A DNA stretch of 64,000 nt from Acutalibacteraceae bacterium (GCA_045596745.1 JAZODA010000055.1:6772-70771); one strand, 5' to 3'; shown: positions 18,704 to 28,373, counted from the first letter of the stretch. The notes: generated from the sequence alone by a model not told the origin. Numbers and translations: made by a program.

Positions 18704-20965
18704 ATGAGAAGCATTGTAAATATCAACAGCGAGTGGTTCTTCAGCAAAGAATGCACCGAAGCACCTGTCGCACTTCCCGAAGCCTGGGAACAGGTAAGCC
18801 TGCCGCACTGCTGGAACGCGGTCGACGGTCAGGATGGCGGTAACGACTTCCATCGTGGCGTTTGCTTCTACGTTAAGCAGCTGAAGAAGAGCGAACTGCC
18901 GCAGGCGGGTCGCTACTATCTGGAAATCCGCGGCGCTAACTCCTCGGCGGACGCGTATGTCGATGGCGAAAAGCTGGCGCATCACGACGGCGGTTACTCC
19001 ACCTGGCGTGTGGACATCACCGCGGCGCTCAAGGAAGAATCGCTGGTTGCCATTGCGGTGGACAACAGCCCGAACGAGCGCGTGTATCCGCAGATGGCGG
19101 ACTTCACCTTCTACGGTGGTCTGTATCGCGATGTCAACATTGTGTGCGTCGAAGAGTCGCATTTTGATTTGGATTACTACGGCACGCCCGGTCTCAAAAT
19201 CACCCCCGCTATGGTGGGCGAGGATGCCGACGTGGAAATCGAAGCGTACGTCACCAACGCGAAGCCGGAGCAGCGCTTGCGTTACACCGTGCTGGACGGC
19301 GAGGGCAAGACGGTTGCGTCTGTCGAGACGGCGGATACCAAAGCGGTGCTGAAGATTGAAAATGTGCATCGCTGGCACGGCCGCAAGGACCCGTATCTGT
19401 ATTCCGCGACGGTGGAACTGCTGGAGGGCGAGACGGTGCTGGATACCGTATCCTCCCGTTTTGGCTGCCGCACGTTTGAAATCGATCCTGAAAACGGCTT
19501 TATCCTCAACGGCGAAGAGTATCCGCTGCGCGGTGTTTCCCGCCATCAGGATCGCTGGGGCTTCGGTAACGCACTGCTGCCGGAGCATCATCGCGAAGAC
19601 GTGGATTTGATTTGCGAGGTGGGCGCTACCACCATTCGTCTGGCGCACTATCAGCACGACCAGTACTTCTACGACCTGTGCGACGAGCGCGGTCTGGTTA
19701 TCTGGGCGGAGATTCCGTACATTTCCCGTCATATGCCCGACGGCCGCGAGAACACCATCTCGCAGATGAAGGAGCTCATCACCCAGAACTACAACCATCC
19801 CTGTATCGTGGTGTGGGGCCTGTCCAATGAAATCACGATGAACGGCGATGCCGATCCCGATTTGCTGGAGAACCATCGCATTCTGAACGATATGCTTCAC
19901 GAGACGCATACGACCCGCAAAAAGACGATGGCGTGCCTGACGATGTGCCCGATGAACAGCCCGATTCTGGAGATTCCGGACGTGGTGTCCTACAACCATT
20001 ACTTTGGTTGGTACGGCGGCGAGACGGATATGAACGGCCCGTGGTTCGATAAGTTCCACGCCGAGCATCCCACGCTCCCGATCGGTTGCTCCGAGTACGG
20101 TTGCGAAGCGCTCAACTGGCACACTTCCAAGCCGGTGCAGGGCGACTACACCGAGGAGTATCAGGCGTACTATCACGAGGAACTGATTAAGCAGCTCTTT
20201 ACCCGTAAGTATATGTGGGCGACCCACGTGGGGAATATGTTCGACTTCGGCGCTGACGCTCGCAGCGAGGGCGGCGAAAACGGTCAGAACCACAAGGGCC
20301 TCATCACCATTGACCGCAAGTATAAGAAGGACGCGTTCTATGCCTACAAGGCGTGGTTGTCCGACGACCCGTTCGTGCATATCTGCGGCAAGCGGTATGT
20401 TGACCGTGTAGAAGAGGTCACGAAGGTAACGGTGTATTCCAACCTGCCCGAAGTGGAGCTGTTCGCCAACGGCGTCAGCCTCGGCAAGCAGGAAAGCGCC
20501 GAGCATTTCTTCTACTTCGACGTGCCGAACGCCGGCGAGACGACGCTGGTGGCGGTCGCCGGTGAGCACAAGGATGAAAGCGTTATCCGCAAGGTCGAAG
20601 AGCCGAACGAAGAGTACATCCTGCGTGAGAGCAGCACGGTGCTTAACTGGTTCGACATCACCGAGCGCGAGGGCTATTTCTCGCTCAACGACAAGCTGGG
20701 CGATATTATGGGCACCTTCCGCGGCAAGCTCTTGTTTGTCAAGCTGTTCGCAAAAGTGATGGGCGGCAAGAAAAAGAAGGGCGAAAAGGGTGGCGAAAAG
20801 AAAGCCGCCGGCTTCGAAGTGACGCCGCAGATGATGCAGCTGGTGGGTAGCTTCACCGTACTCCGTCTGACGGGTATGATGAGTATGATGGATATCCGCT
20901 TTACCAAGGAAGAACTGCTCAGCCTGAACGCGAAACTCAACCGCATCAAGAAAAAGAAGAAGTAA
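18704..20965 (+). CDS. Glycoside hydrolase family 2 (beta-galactosidase/beta-glucuronidase-like) with a Lys-rich C-terminal extension
   Basis: GH2 hallmarks: acid/base WGLSNE, nucleophile CSEYG, NHKGLITIDRKYKKDAFYAYKAW. ATG at 18704 after GGAGG. Confidence 0.85.
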   Translation: MRSIVNINSEWFFSKECTEAPVALPEAWEQVSLPHCWNAVDGQDGGNDFHRGVCFYVKQLKKSELPQAGRYYLEIRGANSSADAYVDGEKLAHHDGGYSTWRVDITAALKEESLVAIAVDNSPNERVYPQMADFTFYGGLYRDVNIVCVEESHFDLDYYGTPGLKITPAMVGEDADVEIEAYVTNAKPEQRLRYTVLDGEGKTVASVETADTKAVLKIENVHRWHGRKDPYLYSATVELLEGETVLDTVSSRFGCRTFEIDPENGFILNGEEYPLRGVSRHQDRWGFGNALLPEHHREDVDLICEVGATTIRLAHYQHDQYFYDLCDERGLVIWAEIPYISRHMPDGRENTISQMKELITQNYNHPCIVVWGLSNEITMNGDADPDLLENHRILNDMLHETHTTRKKTMACLTMCPMNSPILEIPDVVSYNHYFGWYGGETDMNGPWFDKFHAEHPTLPIGCSEYGCEALNWHTSKPVQGDYTEEYQAYYHEELIKQLFTRKYMWATHVGNMFDFGADARSEGGENGQNHKGLITIDRKYKKDAFYAYKAWLSDDPFVHICGKRYVDRVEEVTKVTVYSNLPEVELFANGVSLGKQESAEHFFYFDVPNAGETTLVAVAGEHKDESVIRKVEEPNEEYILRESSTVLNWFDITEREGYFSLNDKLGDIMGTFRGKLLFVKLFAKVMGGKKKKGEKGGEKKAAGFEVTPQMMQLVGSFTVLRLTGMMSMMDIRFTKEELLSLNAKLNRIKKKKK

Positions 20966-20982
20966 CAGGCAGGGAGACACAG

Positions 20983-21019
20983 ACCGCCGGAAATCGCACA
21001 GCGAAATCCGGCGGTTTTT
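20983..21019 (+). terminator. Intrinsic terminator after GH2
   Basis: ACCGCCGG...CCGGCGGU long hairpin followed by UUUUU. Confidence 0.75.
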
Positions 21020-21081
21020 CTTGCTTTTTTGGAGCGCAGTGCGTATAATGAAAACAGTGTCTGAGCAAGGGAGGAATAGCG

Positions 21082-21894
21082 GTGACTACTGCAGAACGCA
21101 TTCGTACACTGAAATTGTATTTGTTTGATATGGATGGTACGCTGTATCTTGGCGACCGCCTGTATGATTTTACCAAGGAACTGCTTGCGTGCATCCGCGA
21201 ACAGGGCGCACGGTATATGTTTATGACCAACAACTCGTCCAAGAGCGTGGAAGCATATATTCAGAAGCTGGCACGCCTCGGTATCGAAGCTACCGAAGAG
21301 GATTTCATCACCTCCTCCCAGGCGACGATTCACTATCTGCGCAAAAACCATCCGAACGATACGCTGTACGTCTGCGGCACGAAGTCGCTGATTCGCGAAC
21401 TGGAGCAGGCAGGCTTTACCGTGACGGACGATTTGGACCGTGTGGACTGCATCGTTATGGGCAACGATAACGAGCTGACCTTCCGCAAGCTGGAGGATGT
21501 GTGCAAGCTGCTTCTGCTGCACGAGGTGTCCTACATTGCGACTAATCCCGACTATGTGTGTCCCACCGAGTTTGGCAGCGTGCCTGACTGCGGCAGTGTG
21601 TGCGATATGATTTTCAACTGCACCGGGCGTCGCCCGATTTTCATCGGCAAGCCGGAGCCGCTGATGCCGCTGCTCGGTATGGAGATGGCAGGCGTTTGCG
21701 CCGAAGAGACGGCGGTTGTGGGCGACCGCATTTACACCGACGTCAAGAGCGGTATCAATGCCGGTACGGTGAGCATTCTGGTTATGAGCGGTGAAACCAC
21801 GCAGGCGATTCTGGATGCGTCGGAAGACCGCCCCGATATGGTATTGGAAAGCGGCGCGGAGATTCTGCGTGCGTTGAAGGGGGAAGAGGTATGA
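21082..21894 (+). CDS. HAD-IIA family phosphatase (NagD/AraL-like)
   Basis: DMDGTLY motif I, TNNSS motif II, GDRIYTDV motif IV. GTG start after GGGAGGAA. Confidence 0.8.
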   Translation: MTTAERIRTLKLYLFDMDGTLYLGDRLYDFTKELLACIREQGARYMFMTNNSSKSVEAYIQKLARLGIEATEEDFITSSQATIHYLRKNHPNDTLYVCGTKSLIRELEQAGFTVTDDLDRVDCIVMGNDNELTFRKLEDVCKLLLLHEVSYIATNPDYVCPTEFGSVPDCGSVCDMIFNCTGRRPIFIGKPEPLMPLLGMEMAGVCAEETAVVGDRIYTDVKSGINAGTVSILVMSGETTQAILDASEDRPDMVLESGAEILRALKGEEV

Positions 21895-23141
21895 CTCAGG
21901 CCGAACTGACCGCCGGTATCCACGGATGCGCCTGCGGAATGGATCATAACTGCCCCATTAAAGCGATTCGCATCGGCGCGGGCGCGCTGGATGCGTTGCC
22001 GGAAGTGCTGGACGGCTATCGCCATATTTTGCTCGTGTCGGACGATAACACCGATGCGGTGTGCGGTGACCGTGTGCGCACATTGTTGGGCGATGCGGTG
22101 GAAACCTCGCTCGTACTGCACGCCGACGGCGTGGTAGTGCCGGATGAAGCGTGTCTCGCGCTGCTAGAAGAAAAACTGACGGGAAAGACCGATTTGCTCG
22201 TTGGCATCGGTTCGGGCGTTATCAACGATTTGTGTAAGGATGTCAGCTTCCGCTACGACTTGCCTTACGGCATCGTTGCCACGGCACCGTCGATGGACGG
22301 CTATGCTTCGGTGGGTGCGGCGCTGATTCTGGAGGGCATGAAAATCACCCGCAACGCGCGTCCGCCGATGGTGATTGTGGCGGACACGGCGGTGCTGAAA
22401 ACCGCGCCGATGGAGATGCTGAAAGCCGGCTACGGCGACATCGTCGGTAAGTATTCCTGCCTGAACGACTGGAAACTCAGCACAGCACTTTACGGTGAAT
22501 ATTTCTGCCGGACGGTGTACGATTTGACGATGGACACCGCGAAAGCGGTTGAACCGCTGGCCGAGCGGATTCTCGCGCGTGACGAGGAAGCCATCGGTGC
22601 GCTGATGGAAGCGCTTGTGGCGGTGGGTATTGCGATGAGCTATGTCGGCAATTCGCGTCCTGCTTCCGGCAGTGAGCATCATCTGTCGCACTTCTTTGAA
22701 ATTACCGGCATTCTGGATGACAAGCCGTATTTCGCACACGGTATTGACGTGTTGTACTCGGCGGTTGTGACGGCTCGTCTGCGTGAGGAATTGCTCGGTC
22801 TGACCCCGAAGCGCAAGGCGTTTGACCGCGCGGCGTGGGAGGCGGCAATCCGCCGCATTTATTCCACTTCGGCGGACGGCATCATCGCGTTGCAGAACAA
22901 GCTTGGCTGGTACGAGCGCGACGATGAAGCTGCGGTGATGACCAAATGGGATGCGCTGTGTGATATCCTGCGCGAAGCACCGACTGAGCAGAAAATGCGG
23001 ACGTTGGTCGAGCGCATTGGTCTTGACTACAGCGAGTTTGAGGCACTCTACGGCGAGGAAAAACTGAACACGGCGGTTCAGTACGCCAAGGATTTGAAAG
23101 ATCGCTACAGCGTGCTGTGGCTGTATCATCAGTATGCATAA
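21891..23141 (+). CDS. sn-glycerol-1-phosphate dehydrogenase-like iron-ADH-family enzyme (AraM/EgsA-like)
   Basis: GIGSGVINDL, PSMDGYAS, SGSEHHLSH motifs. Start overlaps the HAD stop (ATGA). Confidence 0.7.
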   Translation: MTQAELTAGIHGCACGMDHNCPIKAIRIGAGALDALPEVLDGYRHILLVSDDNTDAVCGDRVRTLLGDAVETSLVLHADGVVVPDEACLALLEEKLTGKTDLLVGIGSGVINDLCKDVSFRYDLPYGIVATAPSMDGYASVGAALILEGMKITRNARPPMVIVADTAVLKTAPMEMLKAGYGDIVGKYSCLNDWKLSTALYGEYFCRTVYDLTMDTAKAVEPLAERILARDEEAIGALMEALVAVGIAMSYVGNSRPASGSEHHLSHFFEITGILDDKPYFAHGIDVLYSAVVTARLREELLGLTPKRKAFDRAAWEAAIRRIYSTSADGIIALQNKLGWYERDDEAAVMTKWDALCDILREAPTEQKMRTLVERIGLDYSEFEALYGEEKLNTAVQYAKDLKDRYSVLWLYHQYA

Positions 23142-23143
23142 CG

Positions 23144-23186
23144 AAAAGCGGCTGTCGGTGAAAACCACCGACAACCGCTTGTTTTT
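23144..23186. terminator. Bidirectional intrinsic terminator
   Basis: GCGGCUGUCGGUG-AAAA-CCACCGACAACCGC flanked by A- and T-runs. Confidence 0.8.
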
Positions 23187-23194
23187 GCGTTATA

Positions 23195-23494
23195 TTACAG
23201 AACGCCGTTTTTCTTGTCCAGCTTGTAGTTGCGGATATACAGGAGCAGGTCGACACTGACCATGACCAGGTTCAGGCAGTAGAACACCAGCACATACCAC
23301 TTCTCAGCAAAGCTGGCCATATAGGCGTCGTTCACCAGTTTGGAAGTGATACCGGCGATGTAGCCGAAGATGATCAGGCACAGGAAGAGCAGGCTCTTGC
23401 CCTTGGTGGTGCGCGATTTGTAAGACTTCATGACGTTCATCGGCCAGGAAGCACCGAAGCTGACGATCATGATGATTTCCAGAAGTTCGCTCAT
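23195..23494 (-). CDS. Small 3-TM membrane protein (PQ-loop/SemiSWEET-like; tentative)
   Basis: 99 aa with three hydrophobic spans. The longer listed ORF runs into the tRNA-Thr gene, so Met at 23494 was chosen. Confidence 0.5.
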   Translation of the reverse strand: MSELLEIIMIVSFGASWPMNVMKSYKSRTTKGKSLLFLCLIIFGYIAGITSKLVNDAYMASFAEKWYVLVFYCLNLVMVSVDLLLYIRNYKLDKKNGVL

Positions 23495-23596
23495 TGAAAA
23501 ATCCCCCTTAACAATTTGACTGTGTTGTAGTATAGCAAAGTTTTTCGCGCTTGTAAAGTAGTTTGCGGAAATATGTTGAAATATTGGCGACAAAGA

Positions 23597-23637
23597 GAAA
23601 ACGAGAGGAACACGATTTCGGTGTTCCTCTCGTTTTT
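23597..23637 (-). terminator. Intrinsic terminator after tRNA-Thr
   Basis: AAAACGAGAGGAACAC-loop-GUGUUCCUCUCGUUUUUU (symmetrical). Confidence 0.85.
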
Positions 23638-23713
23638 TGGAGCTGGCAGACGGACTTGAACCCCCGACCTGCTGATTACAAATCAGCTGCTCTACCAACT
23701 GAGCTATGCCAGC
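23638..23713 (-). tRNA. tRNA-Thr (anticodon UGU), CCA encoded
   Basis: Minus strand GCUGGCAUAGCUCAGUUGGUAGAGCAGCUGAUUUGUAAUCAGCAGGUCGGGGGUUCAAGUCCGUCUGCCAGCUCCA. Confidence 0.9.
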
Positions 23714-23780
23714 GTTTCTCGCAACGTTTGGAGTATATCATATCCCGCGGTGGTTTGTCAAGACGTGACCGCTCGCCGAC

Positions 23781-23818
23781 AGAAGAAAACCGCCCCGCAC
23801 GGCAAGTACGGGGCGGTG
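23781..23818 (-). terminator. Intrinsic terminator after pncB
   Basis: ACCGCCCCG-loop-CGGGGCGGU followed on the minus strand by UUUUCUUCU. Confidence 0.75.
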
Positions 23819-23823
23819 TGTGA

Positions 23824-25275
23824 TTATTTGTTGTGCTGAGACAAAAGAGCGTGCTTCTGATCCCACAGAGCCTGCGACAGGTCCACATAGTACTTATGCG
23901 GATTTTCAAAGCGCAGTACTTCGTCCCAGATGGTTTCCATCTGCTGTTTGCAGTAGGTGCGAATTTCATCCACCGAGGGGGAATTGTACACGCATTCGCC
24001 GTGGGCGAAGATGCGGCTTTGCAGGGGATGGGCGATGAAGTTTTCGATGGTCTTGCGCTTCCAGATGTGTTCGGGGTCGAAAATCTCGTACGGCTGGGTG
24101 TCATCGATGACTTCGTCGTGCAGCGTGATGACGTCGGCAATGGCTTTGCCGCTTTCGCGGTCATACAGACGCCACAGTTTCTTAAAGCCGGGGTTGGTAA
24201 TCTTGGCCACGTTTTCGCTGACCTTGATACGCGGAATAATTTCGCCGTCGCGCTCCACGGCGGCCAGCTTGTACACGCCGCCGAACACCGGGTCGCTGGA
24301 GGCGGTAATCAGACGCTCACCGACGCCGAAACTGTCGATGCAAGCACCCTGGGCAATCATATCGCGGATGATGATTTCATCCAGCGAGTTGGATGCACAG
24401 ATTTTGCAATCCGGGAAGCCTGCCTCGTCCAGCATCTTACGGGCCTTCTTGGTCAGGTAGGTGATATCGCCGGAGTCCAGACGGATGCCCTTCGGGCGGT
24501 ATCCGCGGGGAACAAGCACTTCGTTGAACACCTTGATGGCGTTCGGGATGCCGGATTTCAGCACGTTGTATGTATCCACCAGCAGGGTGCAGGAGTCGGG
24601 GTAGACCTCGGCATACGCCTTGAATGCTTCGTATTCGCTGTCGAACAGCTGAACCCAGCTGTGCGCCATCGTGCCGAGCGCAGGAATACCAAACTCGCGG
24701 TCGGCAATGGTGCAGGCAGTGCCGATGCAGCCGCCGATATACGCGGCGCGAGCACCGTAAACAGCACCGTTAAAGCCCTGTGCGCGGCGAGAGCCGAATT
24801 CCATCACCGCGCGGTTTCCTGCCGCACGAACGATGCGGTTCGCTTTGGTGGCGATGAGTGACTGGTGGTTGATGGCCAGCAGCATCATCGTTTCGATGAA
24901 CTGCGCCTGAATGGCGGGGCCACGCACCGTAACCAGCGGTTCGTACGGGAAGATGGGGGTGCCTTCCGGCACAGCCCAGACATCGCAGGCGAAGCGGAAG
25001 TTGGCGAGGTAATCCAAGAACTCCTCGCTGAACAGCTTCTTGCTGCGAAGATAGGTGATATCGTCCTCCGAGAAGGAGAGGTTTTTCAGATAGTGGATGA
25101 TCTGATCCAGACCTGCCATAATGGCAACACCGCCGCCGTCCGGAACGGTGCGGAAGAACATATCGAAATACACGGTCTGTTCGCCGCGCCCGTTTTCGAA
25201 AAAGCCGTTTGCCATCGTGATTTCATAGAAATCGGTCAGCATGGTCAGGTTTTCTTTACCGTACTTATGTGTCAT
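23824..25275 (-). CDS. pncB: Nicotinate phosphoribosyltransferase
   Basis: LTDFYEITMANGFF..., EFGSRRAQG, TMAHSWVQ. ATG at 25275 chosen because the GTG at 25284 is too close to the AAGGA SD. Confidence 0.9.
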   Translation of the reverse strand: MTHKYGKENLTMLTDFYEITMANGFFENGRGEQTVYFDMFFRTVPDGGGVAIMAGLDQIIHYLKNLSFSEDDITYLRSKKLFSEEFLDYLANFRFACDVWAVPEGTPIFPYEPLVTVRGPAIQAQFIETMMLLAINHQSLIATKANRIVRAAGNRAVMEFGSRRAQGFNGAVYGARAAYIGGCIGTACTIADREFGIPALGTMAHSWVQLFDSEYEAFKAYAEVYPDSCTLLVDTYNVLKSGIPNAIKVFNEVLVPRGYRPKGIRLDSGDITYLTKKARKMLDEAGFPDCKICASNSLDEIIIRDMIAQGACIDSFGVGERLITASSDPVFGGVYKLAAVERDGEIIPRIKVSENVAKITNPGFKKLWRLYDRESGKAIADVITLHDEVIDDTQPYEIFDPEHIWKRKTIENFIAHPLQSRIFAHGECVYNSPSVDEIRTYCKQQMETIWDEVLRFENPHKYYVDLSQALWDQKHALLSQHNK

Positions 25276-25290
25276 AACTTTCACATCCTT

Positions 25291-25827
25291 TTATCGTTTA
25301 CCGCAGTAACAGCGGTCGTATTCTTCCATACAGTGGGTGATGACGCGGATGGCTTCGCTGCGGTCCATCACTTCGTCCACCGCCGTGCTTTTGCCTTCCA
25401 GGCTTTTGTAAACCGTGAAGAAGTGGCGGATTTCATCGAACGTGTGTCGCGGCAGTTCCGAGATGTCCTGATACCCGGAAAGGGAGGGGTCGCGGAACGG
25501 TACGGCGATAATCTTTTCGTCAATGGATTCGCCGTCGGTCATCTTGATAACACCGATGGGGTAGCATTGCACCAGCGTCATCGGGACGATGGCCTCCTGA
25601 CACATTACCAGCACATCGAGCGGGTCGCCGTCATCCGCATAGGTGCGGGGGATGAACCCGTAGTTGGCAGGGTAGTGTGTTGCGGTGTACAGTACGCGGT
25701 CGAGACGGAGCAAGCCGGTTTCCTTATCCATTTCGTACTTGTTCTTACCGCCTTTGGGAATCTCAATCACAGCGGTGAAGTTTTCCGGTTGGATACAGTT
25801 CTTTGGAATATCGTGCCACACGTTCAT
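25291..25827 (-). CDS. ppa: Inorganic pyrophosphatase (family I)
   Basis: IEIPKGGKNKYEMDKETG, YPANYGFIPRT, DGDPLDVLV. Met at 25827 preceded by GCAGGAGG. Confidence 0.9.
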   Translation of the reverse strand: MNVWHDIPKNCIQPENFTAVIEIPKGGKNKYEMDKETGLLRLDRVLYTATHYPANYGFIPRTYADDGDPLDVLVMCQEAIVPMTLVQCYPIGVIKMTDGESIDEKIIAVPFRDPSLSGYQDISELPRHTFDEIRHFFTVYKSLEGKSTAVDEVMDRSEAIRVITHCMEEYDRCYCGKR

Positions 25828-25895
25828 TAACCGTGCCTCCTGCATTGGTGTACCTTTATTATACACCAAAAAGGCGCAGATACAAGTGGAAAAAC

Positions 25896-25931
25896 AAAAA
25901 TCTCCCGCCCCGAAGGGCAGGAGACGTTTTT
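25896..25931. terminator. Bidirectional terminator downstream of rpmB
   Basis: UCUCCCGCCC-CGAA-GGGCAGGAGA flanked by A- and T-runs. Confidence 0.8.
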
Positions 25932-25949
25932 GTGAAAGACCTTAGACAA

Positions 25950-26138
25950 TCACACCGCGCGAGTGACCTTGCCCGAGCGCAGGCAACGGGTGCAGGCGTG
26001 AACCTTTTTGGGGGAACCGTTCACAACAGCCTTAACGCGCTTGATGTTGGCGCGCCAAGTACGGTTCGAGCGCCGATGAGAGTGGGAAACCTGAATACCG
26101 AAAGTAACACTTTTGCCGCAGAAATCACATTTAGCCAT
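25950..26138 (-). CDS. rpmB: 50S ribosomal protein L28
   Basis: MAKCDFCGKSVTFGIQVSHSHRRSNRTWRANIKRVKAVVNG..., 62 aa, GGAGG SD. Confidence 0.95.
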   Translation of the reverse strand: MAKCDFCGKSVTFGIQVSHSHRRSNRTWRANIKRVKAVVNGSPKKVHACTRCLRSGKVTRAV

Positions 26139-26208
26139 GTTCTGCACCTCCTTTGATCTGTATACCGATGGCCGCTGATTTGACCATCGGGTCAAAAGCA
26201 ACAGAAGT

Positions 26209-26237
26209 ATATTAGCAGATTTTATCACGGAAAGCAA
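26209..26237 (-). promoter_or_regulatory. Sigma-A-type promoter for rpmB
   Basis: Minus strand TTGCTT - 17 nt - TAATAT. The leader contains hairpin CCGAUGG...CCAUCGG. Confidence 0.5.
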
Positions 26238-26378
26238 GGCTTTTTTTACAACTTATGAAAATTTTTTGAAAAATATATTTCGATACACGGTTTTTCTTGT
26301 ATTTTTCTTTTATTTGCGCTATACTGTAGACAAGAATATCCAAGAGTGGATAAGTTTGCCCAAGGGGGAGCACGCTTC

Positions 26379-27056
26379 ATGATTTATACCATTCTGAACA
26401 GTAGGGGAAGCATGTCGTTTGAGATGCTGCTTTTGCTTTTGTTCGGTTACGCGGTGCTGCTGTTTGTGATGCTGCCGCTGCACGAACTGGCACATGCGTT
26501 TGTGGCGGTGAAGCTCGGCGATTACACGCCGCGCTGGCACGGACGGTTGCGGTTCAACCCGTTTGTGCATCTGGATGTGTGGGGCACGGTGCTGCTGGTT
26601 CTGTTCGGCTTCGGTTACGCCAAACCGGTACCTGTCAACCCGCGCAACTTCGCCAAGCCGAAGCGCGATATGGCGCTGACCGCGCTGGCGGGTCCGATGT
26701 GTAACGTGCTGATTGCTTTGACGGCGCTGATTCTGTATCGTGTGATTCTGCTCTTTAATGTGCCGCCGATGGTGCAGCTCTATGCTGGCATCGTGCTGGT
26801 TAACGTGGTTGCGAATGTCAGCTTGTGCCTGGCGGTGTTCAACCTGTTACCGATACCGCCGCTGGATGGTTCACGCATTTTTGCGGCGGTGTTGCCGTCC
26901 CGTTGGACGTATTATATGAACCAGTATCAGCAGTACATTTCCATCGGTCTGATGTTCGTGATTGCGACCGGCGCTTTGAATAAGCCGCTCGGCATACTTG
27001 TGCATTATCTCGGTGGATTGCTGTGTCTCATTGTTGGATTGCCTAATTACTTTTAA
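26379..27056 (+). CDS. Site-2 protease family (M50) membrane metalloprotease
   Basis: HELAHAF zinc motif and NLLPIPPLDG motif, multi-TM. ATG at 26379 after a GGGGGAG SD. Confidence 0.85.
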   Translation: MIYTILNSRGSMSFEMLLLLLFGYAVLLFVMLPLHELAHAFVAVKLGDYTPRWHGRLRFNPFVHLDVWGTVLLVLFGFGYAKPVPVNPRNFAKPKRDMALTALAGPMCNVLIALTALILYRVILLFNVPPMVQLYAGIVLVNVVANVSLCLAVFNLLPIPPLDGSRIFAAVLPSRWTYYMNQYQQYISIGLMFVIATGALNKPLGILVHYLGGLLCLIVGLPNYF

Positions 27057-27067
27057 GGACGTGCCTC

Positions 27068-27799
27068 ATGGAAATTTCGTATAAGCTGGCGGATTTCGAA
27101 GGACCGCTGGACTTGCTTTTGCACCTGGTGCAAAAGAACAAACTGAATATTTACGATATTCCTATCCACGAACTGCTGGAACAGTATATGGAAGCTATCC
27201 AGACGATGCAGCAGATGGATATGGAAGTCGCCACCGAATTTCTGGATATGGCGGCGCGCCTGGTGCAGATTAAATCGGCAATGCTGTTGCCGCGCCACGA
27301 AGAGGGCGAAGAAATGAAGCAGCAGCTGACCGGTGAGCTGATTGAATATCAGCTGTGCCGTGAGGCTGCCAAGCGGATGGAAAAGCAGTGCATCGGCGGC
27401 GATTTGTTTGTCCGTGTGCCGATGGAGATTGAACCGGATTACACCTATCGCCGTAACCATCGTGCCGACGAATTGCTGGATGCGTATCTGGCGGCTGCCG
27501 GTCGCGGTCGTCGCAGACTGCCGCCTCCGCCGCAGGCGTTCCACAGCATCGTGGCGAAGAAGATTGTGTCGGTCTCTTCCAAAATTGTGTTTGTGCTGCG
27601 TCGGTTGCGTCGCGGCAAGCACGTGTCGTACAAATCGCTGTATGACGGTGCGCACACCAAATCGGAATTGGTCGCTACGTTTTTGGCGGTGCTGGAGCTT
27701 ATCAAAGGAAAACGTATCCGAGTGGATGGCGAGGGCGAACGGCAGCAGGTAACGCTGCTGGATTCGGTCCAAGGGGGAGAAACAGTCGATGGAAATTAA
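27068..27799 (+). CDS. scpA: Segregation and condensation protein A
   Basis: FEGPLDLLLHLVQKNKLNIYDIPI...; followed by scpB. Confidence 0.9.
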   Translation: MEISYKLADFEGPLDLLLHLVQKNKLNIYDIPIHELLEQYMEAIQTMQQMDMEVATEFLDMAARLVQIKSAMLLPRHEEGEEMKQQLTGELIEYQLCREAAKRMEKQCIGGDLFVRVPMEIEPDYTYRRNHRADELLDAYLAAAGRGRRRLPPPPQAFHSIVAKKIVSVSSKIVFVLRRLRRGKHVSYKSLYDGAHTKSELVATFLAVLELIKGKRIRVDGEGERQQVTLLDSVQGGETVDGN

Positions 27800-28373
27800 A
27801 GAATATCGCGCCGCGATTGAGGCGATTTTGTTTGCTAACGGTGAACCGGTTTCCGCCGAGCGTCTGGCAGAAGTGCTGGAGCTGGACGAGGAGACGGTAC
27901 ATCGTATCGCCGGAGATATGATCAGTGAAATGCTCGCCCGTGACGGCGGCATCTATATGGTGCGTCTGGACGACCAGTACCAGCTGTGCACTCGCAAGGA
28001 ATATGCCGATGCGGTTCGCCGCTCGCTGGATATTCGCCGCAACACACCGCTTTCGCAGGCGGCTATGGAGGTGCTGGCGATTGTTGCGTACAACCAGCCT
28101 GTGACCAAGGCGTTTATCGAGCAGGTCCGCGGCGTGGATTGCAGCGCGGTGATTCAGGGCTTGATTCAGAAAAACCTGATTGAAGAAAAGGGTCGTCTGG
28201 AACTGCCCGGTCGTCCGTTGCTTTACGGTACAACGCCGGTGTTCCTGCGTTGCTTCGGCGTGTCGGCACTGCAGGAGTTGCCGCCGCTGCCGCAGCAGGA
28301 AGAAGAATCGCGTATGATTGAAACCACGTTGGAAGAGATTATTGAACAAACGGAGCGCGCCGAAGAGGAGTGA
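27789..28373 (+). CDS. scpB: SMC-Scp complex subunit ScpB
   Basis: IEAILFANGEPVS..., LSQAAMEVLAIVAYNQPVTKAFIEQVRGV. Confidence 0.9.
   Translation: MEIKEYRAAIEAILFANGEPVSAERLAEVLELDEETVHRIAGDMISEMLARDGGIYMVRLDDQYQLCTRKEYADAVRRSLDIRRNTPLSQAAMEVLAIVAYNQPVTKAFIEQVRGVDCSAVIQGLIQKNLIEEKGRLELPGRPLLYGTTPVFLRCFGVSALQELPPLPQQEEESRMIETTLEEIIEQTERAEEE

Noticed and set aside
23195-23698. The 167-aa version of the minus-strand ORF.
   Set aside because: Its first 68 codons read through the tRNA-Thr gene and its terminator. Only the 99-aa membrane protein starting at 23494 is credible.
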